From Cycas panzhihuaensis (lineage: Eukaryota; Plantae; Cycadophyta): a stretch of 64,000 nucleotides of DNA. How positions within the stretch are numbered: position 1 is the stretch's first letter; each line of letters begins with the position of its first letter. Below the pieces are notes generated by a model. It was given only the letters and a program-made list of their open reading frames with translations, was not told the origin of the DNA and ran no database searches. The translations under genes and the position numbers were made by a program. Shown piece by piece: positions 51,857 to 64,000 of the stretch. The DNA lies in assembly GCA_023213395.1 (NCBI GenBank), contig CM041465.1:86683741-86747740 (forward strand), written 5' to 3'.

Positions 51857-54800
51857 TGGAATCACACCCATGGGGGGGGTCACTTAACTTGAGTGAGGTG
51901 AAGCCAACACTACTAACGACTTGGGTGACTATGGACCTACATGAACAAGGAAAAGAGGTCACCCACAAAGGGCATCTGTGCGTTGGAACATAGGTTCGAG
52001 AACTCGGTAATGGTACACAAACTCCTTTCGGAAAACTCCTCCTCGATTTGGAGTAACAGGTGAAAGAGTGATCTCCTTGGTTTCCTAAGTAAACCTTGGA
52101 AGGGGGCACTCTCATCCTGGATGGCCGGAGAAGGGCAGGAAGGAAGCGAGCGAATACCTCCTCACGTGAAGTGGTAACGAAGGAAATGACCCTTAACAGA
52201 AAGAGGGAGAAACTCACGTGCAAGCCTAAGGCGGCTTGCAACATGAGTAGACAAGAGAGCAACTAGTCTCACAAATTAAGCGTCGACCAAAGGACGAGAC
52301 CTAAGAGGTCTAACTCGAGGAAACAAAGAAAGAAGGAAAAAAACACCCTTGAGAGGAGGTCCTCTCAAAGCACAATACCTAAGGAGGTTCTAGGTATGAA
52401 GGATTAATAAAGGGTGTTGTCTTATGTTTGTCTTTCTTTTGTTGTGTGATAAAGAGATATGAAATGGAAATGCCGTGCTTGTGTATGCAAGAAATGACTT
52501 TAAAAGAAAACAATATATTCTTCCTCTCTCTCTCTAGATGCAACCTCGCTCTCTTTATTCTTTCATATGCAAGGAAAGAAAGCAAGCAAATTGCTAAGTA
52601 GGTAAAAAGCTGAAGCAAGAGATGCAAAGCTATTTCGTGATATGCAATAAGGGGACAAGAGCGTGTACGGATAAGTGCATGCCTGCCTTACCTTAGCTTT
52701 GGTAAGGGTGAAGGCTCTTCTGAAAGGAGTAAATAAGTCGATGTGTGTATGTCAAAAGAGAAGGCAAGCACCTACCGATGCGAGCTAACTAAATCCCCAA
52801 CTATATGAATTTAAATGGGCAAGCAAGAAACAACCAATAAAGTATAAAACAATATAATCCTTTTCTTTTCCTTTTGTCTAGGGGTATACAAGAAAAGAGG
52901 AGTAAAGGATAACAGTAGGAAGACTAGGGAGAGAGACGTACCCAGAAATCCAACAGTCGGGGTAGCGCTACCCTCACCACTTTTGTAATCCTTGCCCTTC
53001 CCCTTACTGCGGGTGGTGTAACGAAAAGGATGTTGGCAAAAAGGAGGGGGCTTCCTTACCTTCCCCCAAAATCGAAACAAAAGGAATATGCAAAGAAAGG
53101 AAATGGAAACACTAAAATGACTTTACTTTGCAATTTTTTAAAGTGCCGGAAAAGTAACTGCTAAGTGAAAGAGGAGCATACCTGGGATGAAGATCCTCGC
53201 TTACTCTGAACGTAAGGAAACTTGAACAAACAAAGCTCGCCCTTTCCCAAGGGGCACCCAATGCATGCGAGGATAAGTATGTGCAAGGAAATATGGCAAA
53301 ACGTGTGTATCTCTTTTAAAAGGAAAAGCATTCAACATTAATACTATTCCTTGTTTTGCATGTACAATCAATTGTGTGATGTGGGAAGGGGGGGTGAAAA
53401 GGAGAAAAGTGGGTAGGCTCAGGATGGTTAATCCCCCAAATCTGAAATGCTCCATGCTATCCCCAAGTACCAAGACAAAGGATAAAGAGAGTGAAACAAC
53501 CTAATAACAAGTGCGAACAAGTTTTTGTGAAAGCAAACAAAAACGGTAAAGGGGTTACAAAAGTTGTAAAGTGTAACTTCTGCAGGTTTTTGTAAGAACT
53601 AACCCTTGAGCTAAGGAGGTATACTATAGGGCCAGAAACCAGGCTGTATAGGATCTTTGATGGTCAGTTACAAACGCAGCAATAGGCTGCCTACGCTGCC
53701 ACCAGCAAAGATCTTCTCCTCAATGATTCTCCAAGAAATCAAGGGAGGTATGGAGAAGGAGAGGGGAGGAGAGAAGAGGGCTGCCCTTGAGGAGAAGGCA
53801 TGTTGGGTGCAGGACCCTGCCTATGGCTCCTTTCGCTCTCTGTATAACCCTCTTCTCTACTGCCTTCTTGAAGAACCCAAAGAGAGACAAGAGAGGGGAC
53901 GTAAACATGCCAACAAGAGGGGGGGTTCGCCTCTCGATACAATAGAGAAAAGAAGAAAGAAACTTACTGCAAGAAGCACTAGTGGAAGAGTACCTATGCT
54001 ATTCAAAAAGGAAATCAAAAGATTGATCTAAGAGTACCTAGTAAAGGCAAAACTGAAGCAGATCTACCTGGCAAATCAGGTGAAGAAGAGGGTCCTTTGG
54101 GGTTTGCTGGAGGAAACCCTTCTAGTGCAGCAAATGGAGAAGAAAACCTTGAGCAAAAGGAGACCTAAAGCTTGGTGAGACGATTGGAGTGCAATCCTTC
54201 TTCAGCCAGCCTTATTGCAAACCTGCAACCTGCATTTCTTGAGCTGTAAGTAGGTAGTGGATTGTCGATCCAAAAGTGCAGAGCTTGAGTCTGTTATAGG
54301 GCATTTTTTGGAGAAGAGAGTAGTAAAAAATGGATAAAAATAGACCAAAATGAAGTGAATTTTGGGTTTTTAAACCCAACCCTAACTCAACGAGCGATTA
54401 GGATTCGCCCTGGGCAGGAGTCATGTCACTGCCACGTGGCAATTTTGCAAATAATACGAAATTAGTCATGAGTAGTTTAAAAGAAAAAGTTATAAACAGT
54501 TGCCCTATGGTAAACTTAATGGTACCGTGAAGTTTGCAGTGGTACCATGAAGTTTACCACGGTGTGGACAAAAGTAAGGTAAAAAGAAGAGTGGGAGAGC
54601 CCGGAAGTTCCTAAAAAGGGGCGAAATCCTAGACCCTAAGGGGCATGCTGCAGTATCCAGGTTGCAAGGAGGTTATGAGACTTAGGGGGACCACAACAAG
54701 TAGAAAATTGATGGTCAAAGACTCCTAAAAAGTGACAAAAGGCATACACGGGGTGACGACTAGGCCTAGCCGAGATGCTAGGAGCTATGTCATACCAATA

Positions 54801-55097
54801 GATGACGTAATAAGGGCTGCAGGAGCCAGCGATACTCAGGGACATCATGGAGACGCACGGAGGTTTGTGGCACACCATGGGATATGTATCTCGGATCGTC
54901 ATAGGCTAAAAAGATGCTGAGATGCAATATAGTCAGCCAAACAATGCATAGTGATCATGTAGTCAACCCATCATAATGCAATGCAAGTAACATACCTCGG
55001 TCGACCATTTCCGGGACTGACAAAAGCGAAAGATAGAAGCATACCTGAACTTACCTGAGTCGAGTCGCCCATGTCTATTCCCGGTAGTCGAGAAACA
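51857..55097 (-). repeat. 5' LTR of element 3
   Basis: Direct repeat of 36281-39479, followed on the minus strand by PBS and gag. Confidence 0.94.
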
Positions 55098-55859
55098 CCT
55101 TCCCTACTCCCAAACAGATTAGGCATACCCCCTTCCCCTCTCACTCTGAAATGAGCCTAAACTACCGCTCTAAGCGTGTCCCCATTCCCCCTAGTCACGG
55201 ATGGCAGCTAAGAGTGGCCCTTTCTTTACAGTTCCATTGCTTGTATTGCGTCTTTTGTTTTTGCTTTTGGGGAAAACCTCTCTCTTCCTAGTTGGGTGTG
55301 CAAACTTTCCTCGCTTCCAAGCCTAGAATTGCACCCCAATTAAGGCCTTTTGCTTGAGTATCTATATTCCTCCTTTGGCATTATTTCCTTTGCATATCTG
55401 TTATGCTCCTTCGATGGACATGCATAGCTCTCCCTCTCCTAGCCTCATATGTACCTATTACTGATACACATGGTGGCCGTGTGTGTCCGCTACGAGTGTG
55501 GTGTTACATGAAAAGAAACACGAGTCTCATCCATACATGATCTAAATAAACACCATAATGCATAATCCCTCGTGCACATGTGCACCCATATTTGCATGCA
55601 TCTATCTCTCCATGCATGTATGCATAAACAAATAAACAATACAATAGAACCATAATACCATCATCATAGGTTAAATAGGATACCAATTGGCTCTCATCTA
55701 TATACACAAAAATCATATCATACAAGGTCATATAGTACATCATCTTAGCATCATGCCTTAAGAAGCTGAAACCCTTGCAAGGAGGAGTACAATCATATAC
55801 CTACATATGGTGTGACTCCCTGGAGGTCCAGTGCTTTCCTGTCCAAAAATAATAATACA

Positions 55860-57765
55860 TCAGAACTCCTTGACACCTTGCCCTCAAGGGGTATCATCTC
55901 CTTGCCTGTCAGACCCCTCGCTAGGAGACCATATGCGTCCTAGGCTCTACCGACATTGTTGTGAGCTCCCTGCCTCGTTCTCCTTGTCTCAAGGCCTCCT
56001 CTGGGTCACCATCGTCATATGTGTGTGAGATCTACTTCACGACAACCTAGTGACGATTTGCTCTATTAGTTGATCATATCTCACCTGGATACAATTTCTC
56101 TTCCCCTTCACTCCTCAGAGCCTCTCCTCTAGCACAACGATCATGATCTAACTCTCAGCATCTCTACCTGCTCCTCCTCTTCCCTAGGCCTCCAGTGCCT
56201 AGACCCGGCCTCTTAGGGCATCCCTCTCTATAGCTATCTGGTCCCTCTCTATGCAAAGTCCATCTAGCTCACCCTACAACTATCTCGTCCTCACCTAGTG
56301 TCATTGGGACTCTGTAGCCCATATGTCCCTAGCTCTGATCAATAGGGTGAATGCCGTTGTGTGTGCCTCCATCAATCGAGGCTCCTCGTTGGCTAGGATA
56401 GGAGCTTGTCCCTCTGCATAGACCTGAAGAAATAACTCCCAGACTACCACCTCGAGTAGCCTCGTCATCTCCGCTACGCCTGCCAAACCACGCATACCAC
56501 GTGTCAGTCTAATAAATATATATGTGAAAGCATTTAAATCAAATCAAAGTAAATTATTTAAGTAGCTAGTGATCGAAAAGACATCGAGTTAGGGTAGTAT
56601 CTCACCTCTTGGGATAGTCAGTTCCTTGGCCCTGACGACTACCTCCTCTGCAGGAGCTCCCTAAGCTGTTGCTCCTCCTTCCTCTGCCTCTGGCACTCTC
56701 TTTCCTACCTCATGGGCTATCAAATCACCTCATGCCTCTACTCCCCCCTCGATCATGGTTATCACTGCCTCTGTTGCTATCACCGTTGCTTTTACTGCCG
56801 CTAGAGCCCTACCTACTACTCTCTCTCTGTCTACTGGCATGTGTGGTGACCTACCTCCCCTCATAGGCACCGATGGGCTTGCCTCACCTCCCATAGCTCC
56901 TGATGGGCCTACCCTGTCAACCCCATCATCACCTCTGCCCTCATCAGGGTCATCTCCTAACTCCCTTGTCGCGTCATCGCTCTCCCAATGTACCCCTCTA
57001 TATAGGTCGACTGTGTAGTTTGCTAGGGTAAGTAGGTCAAGCAACATCGCCTCCACTGACCTCCATACATGAACCTAGTCCTTGGTCCCCCTAAATCGAG
57101 TTTGCCATTTGTGGACCATGGGTGCCCGTGCCGAGATGGGATGTGGTCCTCTCGATGGTGCCACCACTCCAAAGTGATCAAAACACCAGTACTATAATAG
57201 GGTGTACTATGAGAATCCTCCCCTCCCTGCCACCCAGATCTGATCTAGCTGTGCTACCAGGTTAGCTGCTATCAAGGCAGCCCAATCTAGCCTCTCCTTG
57301 GGCTCAGCCCTCCTGACCGTGGCCATCCATCTGCCCGGTATATCCCTGTAATTCTGTTTCTGGGAAATCTAGAACAGAATAGCCAAAGTAATAAGCTTTG
57401 TAGACATCACCATCGCCTATCACCATCACCTAAATCGACACACCTTGTCGATCCCACCTGCCCTGTCCTATGAAGTATGTGGTTGCCTCTATATGGGAAG
57501 TATCCGTATTGGGCAAAGTGCCCAGTGATACCAGTGTTCCTCCCACTGGTACACCCAAAATCCTCCTAATATCTCCTAGTGTGATGGTAATATCCTCCAC
57601 TTAGGGAAGATGGAAAGCATGTCTCCGTCGGTCCTAATGGGAGACTATGTCTACTAGGAGGCGTTAATCTAATGCAGATTGGGGCATCCTAATGACCTTC
57701 AGGAGCCTTCATCATCTCAAAGTCATCTGGTCTTGCTGCGACATCATCTTAATAAAACTGAGCAT
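55860..57765 (-). pseudogene. Antisense PMD extra ORF of element 2
   Basis: Colinear with 41691-44202 (LLDLLTLANY..YRGVHWESDD; LIRARDIWATESQ); putative intron 56480-56605. Confidence 0.75.
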
Positions 57766-59068
57766 GACCACTCTGATGTTCTTGCGGCTGTCCACCATGA
57801 TAACCGCTTATAAGCAATCCAAATGTCGGTCTAAAATACCCCTTACTGCATGTCCCACTGTCCATCGAATGCCTCATACTCCATTAGAGTGAGCTAAGTC
57901 ATCCATCGGGCCCCAATTCTTTTTTTTTCCACTATCCTTTCACTACTCTACATTAAACTCTACGGTACTGTAGAGTTTGACACAGGCCCCGCTGAGATTT
58001 TGACACCCCCTTTGTGACCTCACAGAAAACTTTGCGACACTGTGATCTTTGTCGCGGGGCCATTGTTTCCCCCCAAAAAGGGGGGGGGGGGCATGCCCTA
58101 AAAACCATAAAATTTCAGTCTAAGTTGGTGAAGGCCTAGTCCACTGGGACCAGGGCTACCTAATGCCTTGGCCCTCCCCCTCTCTAGGCCTCATTTAGGC
58201 TCCATAAGCTCCCAAATTGCCCTTAAAGGGCCAAAACTAAGCTACAAAAACTTTAAAAAATCATCAAATAAAAGCAACGAAATGAGAGGGGTAAGGAATG
58301 ATCCACTCATTAGATCGGGCCTCGCTACTGCCATCTCGTCATCTTGATCACGTAGGCTGTCTCCACGCCTCAATCCAATGGCTAGATCCCCTACAAAGTG
58401 CTCCCAAAATTTGGCAAGGCTCTGTTGCATAGAAGAAAGGGCTCCAGATCGATCATGGGGCTCATGAAAATGAATTCCATTTTCACTCCCCTTTCTTTAT
58501 ATATGCAGGGGTCCCTAGGGGCACTTTCTCCGTTTCATTTACCACAACAGCCTTCGAAACTATCTCCTTGGCTGCATCGTCTTTGTCTTTAGGGTCCATC
58601 CATTATTTTGCTTCTGTAGCCCCAGTTTCAAGCTCTTTTGTTGTATTTATGACGACCCCTTCAATCTCTTGCAAACCCCTTCTGCCTCGTTTTTTGCACT
58701 ACCCTAAAACATATCTATGTTTATACTCTTTTGACTCATTTCGACATTCTAGATCCATTTTTACTACCCGTTCAAGCCTTTGAGGCTCTCAAAGGAAGCG
58801 CCTTCCCCTTTTCTGGATCTCCTTTGGCCCTTTTAGTGACCTTTGGGAGCCCCAAATAGGCTTTTTCATTATCATCTCCCTGCCTCTTCGTCGAGTCAGT
58901 TTCCTTGAGCTCGGTAGCCTCTTCTCATGATTCCCATGTCCTTTTATAGTCCATATTCATAGCATCCTAAGTGATTATAGCCTTGTCGGTGCACTTTCTC
59001 CCCTCTTCACTCTTTGACCTTATCATCACTATTTCTCTCGTCGTTCGATGCAAACCTTATTTTTCACC

Positions 59069-59491
59069 ATGGTATTACTTATCTTCACCAGTGGAGGAAG
59101 TCATGGTAATCCAAGACCTTATGCTGTCGCGTGGATCCTCTGTGACCCCTTTGGATACAACTGTATGCATTCTGTAATCTTTCTCCTTGAGGCCACAAAT
59201 AACGAAGCTGAATATACAGTCGTTATCAAGGCACTCACCAATATACTTCATTTCCACCATGGTCCCATTATCCTCTTTTACGACTTTCAGATCGTCGTGT
59301 CGCAACTAACCAAGGCTTACCAAGTGCATTGCCAACGATTGAGAGCCCTCACCTCGACTGCCAAATCCCTTCTATCTCATTTCTCCTCCATGGATGTTCA
59401 GCATATCCCCTGAGACTTAAACACCGAGGTAGATGGCCTTTTCTGTCACATTCTCGAGTGTCATCTCTCCCTTCTAAATGATCCTCCTTAG
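59069..59491 (+). pseudogene. Free-standing archaeal-type RNase H (aRH) of element 2, ~140 codons
   Basis: LIFTSGGSHGNPRP..EATNNEAEY..YDFQIVVSQL..HIP*DLNTEVDGL. Confidence 0.87.
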
Positions 59492-59970
59492 ATAGCCTAG
59501 AAGATTGCCTTATCACCCAGACTTTGGGATCATCCCGTCCTCGTTGTGATTCCTTCACACCTTCGAAACTGGCCACTAATGAGGTCAAACTATGGTGACC
59601 ATCAAGTTTGTTTTTCCACCTTGCCCTTCGCACCACCTACAGTATGAAGCCCTCATATTTTGGTTTCTACATGTATATGCTTCTTGTTTATGTTGATTAT
59701 ACTCGTGGTTATTAGCATCATTTATCTTGTATAGGTGTGATGGGGGCATCCTCCTCATCCACCCTCTTTTTCATTAGATTCTAGGGCAACACATAGGCAG
59801 CCCTATACCGCCCCTTTTTTCTCCTTGTCCATGCGTTCCACCATGACACTTGTCACCCCCTTAGATGATGGCACCTTTGTATTCTAATACACGATATTAA
59901 CCTTTGTGTTGACAGTATTCGCCATCGCTTTACTCTTCTGAGCAACGAGACTCTACTGACAAGGGGGTAA

Positions 59971-62900
59971 TGTTTCTCGGCTACTAAGAATGGATATGGA
60001 TGGTACCTCTCAGGTAAGTACAGGTATATTTCTATCCTCACTTTTTATTGACTTCATGATGTAATTGAATTGTCATTAGATACATTTTGCATGATATTAA
60101 TCGACTATATGATTGTTATACATGGCTTGCCTGCCTATGTTTGCATCAACTACTTTAGCTTATGATGACTCAGGATGAATATCCCATGGCTCCTCATGGC
60201 CCTCCACAATGCCTCCACATCATCCTCAAACACTCTCAACTCCTGCAGCTTGTTCTTTACCACCTTTTAGTGTGATATAATCCCTAATCACTCGTTTAGG
60301 CATGGTCACCATCCTCACTTACCACTTGTTCCTCACGGGGGCCTAGTTGCCACCTTTTTCTCACTTCTTCTGGTTTCACCAACTCTTAAAATCCCTTAGA
60401 TGCCCCGACAACTCATTATTTTGGCCTTTCGGGGTCTAGGACCCCCCCTTTTGGAAGCCTTCCAAGTTTCCCTTTTGTTTTCATCTTGTTTTGAGCACAT
60501 TGTGGCATTATTCGCAGTACCACGGCAAACTCTGTAGTACCGCAAAGTTTGGCATGATACGACTGTCCACTCTTAGTTTTTGGCATGGCCACAACTAGTT
60601 TCATATTAATTATAAAATTAACATGTGGCGCTGGGTTGTTTCCTGCCCAGGGCATTCCCTAATCGCCGGGTAAGTTAGGGTTAGGTTTAAAAACCTAATT
60701 TTTAGCTCATTTTTCCTCTTCTTGACTCACTTTTGGAAAAAAGAAAGCTTCTCTTCAGCCACCTCCTACTCTTCACTCTTCTCTCTTCCTTCCTTAGGGT
60801 AAAAACCCTAAATCGCAGGTCTGCAATAGCTTGATCCGGACAGGTCCTCCTCCCAAGTGCTCCATCAAGTCATTAGTACCAAGTTTTCTTGTAGGGTTCA
60901 CTTCTTTCTAGAGCTGTTGTAGGGATCTCTCATCCATCCTTCCAGGGAAACCCTTTTCTCCCAACCATTTCATGAGGTAAAACTATTTCAAACCAGTTTC
61001 AATAGGGATCTTCAGACCTACATTTGGTTATCTATTTCTCTTGGCAATAGGGTTTTCTGCATATTATTTTAGTTTTCTTTTGCAAACCCTCTCATATACT
61101 TCTCTTCCGGAAGGTAAACCCTTCCTCTTTCTAGGTCATTTCCTCCATGCCTTAAGGTTTCTCTTGGGTTCCTACCAAGAAGGTTGAGAGAAAATGCTAT
61201 AGCAAAGTGAGAAAGGAGTTTGAAGCTAGGGTTCCGACCCTCTTAGCCATCTCCTATAGGGAAATCCCCTACCCTTTGTAACTTTTCTCATCCTATACCT
61301 CTCTTGCGCACCCAGAAACCCTTAAGAGAAGGGATTCCATCAGTTGTAGCATTAACAACTACTTGCAATGCCTGCAACCAACTTTCATACGCCATTAAAA
61401 TATGATTTTTGCAACAAGTCGTTGTAGTTTGCAAACTTCTAGCCTCATCTTACAAATGTTGTAAAAGTTGTATATTGTAACTTTTGCAACATTTGTAGCT
61501 TTTGCATTTTTTGCAACTTTTACTACTCACAAGCCTTGTTGCATTTTTATCACTTAAAAGCCTTAACTTCTTACTTGATCCATTAGTCTAGAGCGCTTGG
61601 ATGTGTGGAGGTACCTTACTCGAGGGGCTAGCCATTACGAGGCTATCTCTCTCCCCCTTTCTACCCTCATTTTCCCATAGTTGTTAGAATATTTTACATG
61701 CATACAAAGCAAAGTTTGGATCATATATTATGTTTATTTAAAATACATTTGTATAAGATCACGTTCTTTTCTTTTTTTAAACATACACGTACATATACGA
61801 GCATACATTTGTTCTTATGCATATCTAGCACCCGTGAGAAGGGGAGAAATAATTTGTTGTGCAGGTGTCGCCTTTTGGAGCAAGCGAAGATCATCGTGGA
61901 AGGTACGCACACCATTTTTTATTTTACTACTTTGCTTTGAACTTTCCTTGTGAGCGACTTTTTTTTTTTTCCTTTTGGTTTCTTTCCGTACTAGTTCTTG
62001 GAAAAAGTAAGGAAGCCTCGTCGATAGTTCCCCTACGACACCAACCGCGGTAAAGAGTGCAAGGTGGGTAAAAAAGGATTGTGAGAAAAGAGAAGAGTTT
62101 GCTACACTGGCCATCTTAGTTCTAGGAGCACCTCTTCCTACCCTATCTTCTCGCTCACCCTTCTAACCCTTTCCCTAAAGAAGGAAAAAGGGAAAAAGGA
62201 AAGGTTACGCATACTCTGTTGCTTGCGGATTACTTGTCTTTCTCATTAGGGAAAGAAACTGCCATTTTGTATGTGTAGGCATTAATCCTACTAGTGGAGC
62301 AATTTCCTACCTCTGGTGTATTCCATTCACCTTTTCTTGTATGACCCTCACATCTATTAGGGTAAGGGTACAAAGGGTTACGAGCTCCTCTATCACTACC
62401 TTTTGTTTTCTACCCATGCACTACTAGGGTAGCTTGCACTAGTTGTTGCATTCTCTTTGTACGATTTCCAACTTTCTTGGTTCCTTTGCTTTTATTAACA
62501 TTTGTAAAAGAAAAGAGAGAGAGGCAAGAATCAAAAGAGAGTGTTATTGTTATTTTCCTTCTCCTTTTAATTCATGATAAATCAGAAATAGCAACACTTA
62601 ATAACACCACCCTATTCATCATAAAACAAAACAAAAGATATCTTTCATAACGCCCCACACACCCAGCTATCCGCCTAGGGCATTGGCACCTTGGGAGCAT
62701 CCTCCTCAAGGTGCTCCTTTTTGGTAAGGCATCGTCTTGCCCTACCTGCATTTAGGAGTTAGTCTTTTTCCACCCAACCTCCTCTTTGCACCCTCACTAT
62801 CCACCATTCCTTTCTTGTATATAGGTACCCTTTTCTCCATTAGGGTCTACCTCCTATGTTCCCTCTTTCTTGGGAAAGGTGCCTTTCATCTCAACTCTCC

Positions 62901-63166
62901 TTCCTCGACCATTCAAGATAGGAGGGTCCCTTTGAGGCTACTCGACAAATTGAGGGAGCCCCTTACCCATCTTAAATCCGAGAAGATGCTCACCATAAGG
63001 GAAGGTTTGTGTGCCATTTGTGGGTCTTTGAACCTGCGTTTCGATGTACAGACGCCCTTTATGGGTAATCATTTCTTTTGCTTCTAAGGATCCTTTAGCC
63101 CTGTAATTGTCGATTGTATAGGCTTGATCCCCTTGCATCCGATGACCTCCCAGAGGTGCACTTCTA
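59971..63166 (+). repeat. 3' LTR of element 2 (~3.2 kb)
   Basis: TGTTTCTCGGCTACT start after the PPT; the end CCCAGAGGTGCACTTCTA resembles the element-3 LTR end (CCCAGAGGTGCGATTCCA); terminal CA is mutated. Confidence 0.82.
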
Positions 63167-63450
63167 GGTATAAAGCTCTGGTTTCATTCTTTATTTCATA
63201 TAGATCCTTCAGTATTTATTATGATTCTACTAATGTTATTTTGCCTTGTAAATGTATAATTAGTTCATCTACAACAAACAAACTAATAATTATGAGTGCT
63301 TCTCAATCTTTATCCTCCTAGTCTTCCACATCTTTGGATGTTATTGTTGAAGCCATAAAGGATGTACCAACAGTCATTCCAGTAGTCATTGCAACTTGAG
63401 GAGCTATCTAAATAAGCTTCAATTCTTTGCCTTCAATAATTTTCATTCAT
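63167..63450 (-). pseudogene. gag: Ty1/Copia gag fragment (insertion target of element 2)
   Basis: Hand translation: KIIEGKE..ED*EDKD*EALIIISLFVVDELIIHLQGK..ES**ILKDLYEIKNETRALY, fitting the Copia gag pattern W..KD.KA...I.L.V.D....HI....TA.E.W..LK.LYE. Confidence 0.72.
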
Positions 63451-64000
63451 TTTTACCTAATTTTTACCATTTAACTTTTGTAACTTAGATAGAATGTCAC
63501 TAGCTATATTTACACTCAATATAATGGGGGGGGGGGGATGCAATAAAATCATAATCACAAGCATGATTTTATATGAATATTCAGAGGTTGCAAGGTTTGC
63601 TTATAAATATAAGCTCAATTTATGAAATAATAACTCAAAATATGATTACTACAACTTGAATTTTAAAAACAATGGTCAAACATCAAAGATATAGTGATTA
63701 GCACCTTTTAGACATAAAGTTGCTTTCATAATATAACCGTGAGCCAAAAAAATAAAGGTGCAAGCCCCTAACTTTATGAAAATTAACTTAATTTCATTAT
63801 TCTAAAGTTATAAACTATATAACATAGAAATATTTATTAAAAAGTTAATTTTATTAAAAAAAAAAAATATTTAACCATCAAAAACTCATATGCGCGGTCC
63901 TGGAGGTTGATGTTTTCACTAGAGTCAAATAGAGATGATAATTAACAAATAAACAATTATTTATGGGGTTTATAAACATGATCTATACAATTTTTGCCTC

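Larger units (their letters stand above)
36281..55097 (-). mobile_element. Full-length Tat-clade Gypsy element 3 (18.8 kb) with TSD CCTTC
   Basis: Two ~3.2 kb LTRs with TG...CA termini, CCTTC at 36276-36280 and 55098-55102, PBS, gag-pol, PPT. Confidence 0.95.
35194..63166 (+). mobile_element. Tat-clade Gypsy element 2 (3' part: integrase 35194-36275, 3' region 55103-59970, 3' LTR 59971-63166), split by element 3
   Basis: The integrase end is followed, after the CCTTC TSD, by 3' UTR matching element 1 (CTCTGAAATGAGCCTAAACTACC at ~1444 and ~55144); PPT AAGGGGGTAA 59961-59970. Confidence 0.88.

Noticed and set aside
63450-64000. AT-rich tail with G and A runs
   Set aside because: No ORF, terminal repeat or motif I can support; truncated by the window edge.

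Overview
Plant heterochromatin-type DNA with no recognisable host gene; almost every base belongs to nested, pseudogenised reverse-transcribing elements. (1) An endogenous pararetrovirus (Caulimoviridae) array at 5686-35193 has five ~6.1 kb genome units: three on the minus strand (A partial, B, C) and two on the plus strand (D, E), joined head-to-head at ~23030. Each complete unit has an MP-CP(zinc knuckle)-AP-RT-RNase H polyprotein, a small unknown ORF2 and a promoter/leader region. (2) Tat-clade Ty3/Gypsy LTR retrotransposons: element 1 (3' half, 1-5685) and a same-family solo LTR (9289-12052), both inserted in the virus array; element 2 (35194-63166), which abuts the array within its integrase; and a full-length 18.8 kb element 3 (36281-55097, minus, TSD CCTTC) nested in element 2. 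(3) A probable Copia solo LTR (42392-43040) and a Copia gag fragment (63167-63450). The most unusual signals are these. First, the Tat elements carry a divergent two-gene 3' cassette: an antisense, intron-containing Plant Mobile Domain gene and a free-standing archaeal-type RNase H. Second, a 24-bp GGTACC-centred palindrome is shared between the region upstream of the PMD gene and a 20-bp-period array in every Tat LTR. Third, the virus carries three hairpins with different stems but the same loop. Fourth, the same PBS-replacing scar occurs at all three head-to-tail virus junctions. All coordinates and alignments were read by eye; no database search was run.
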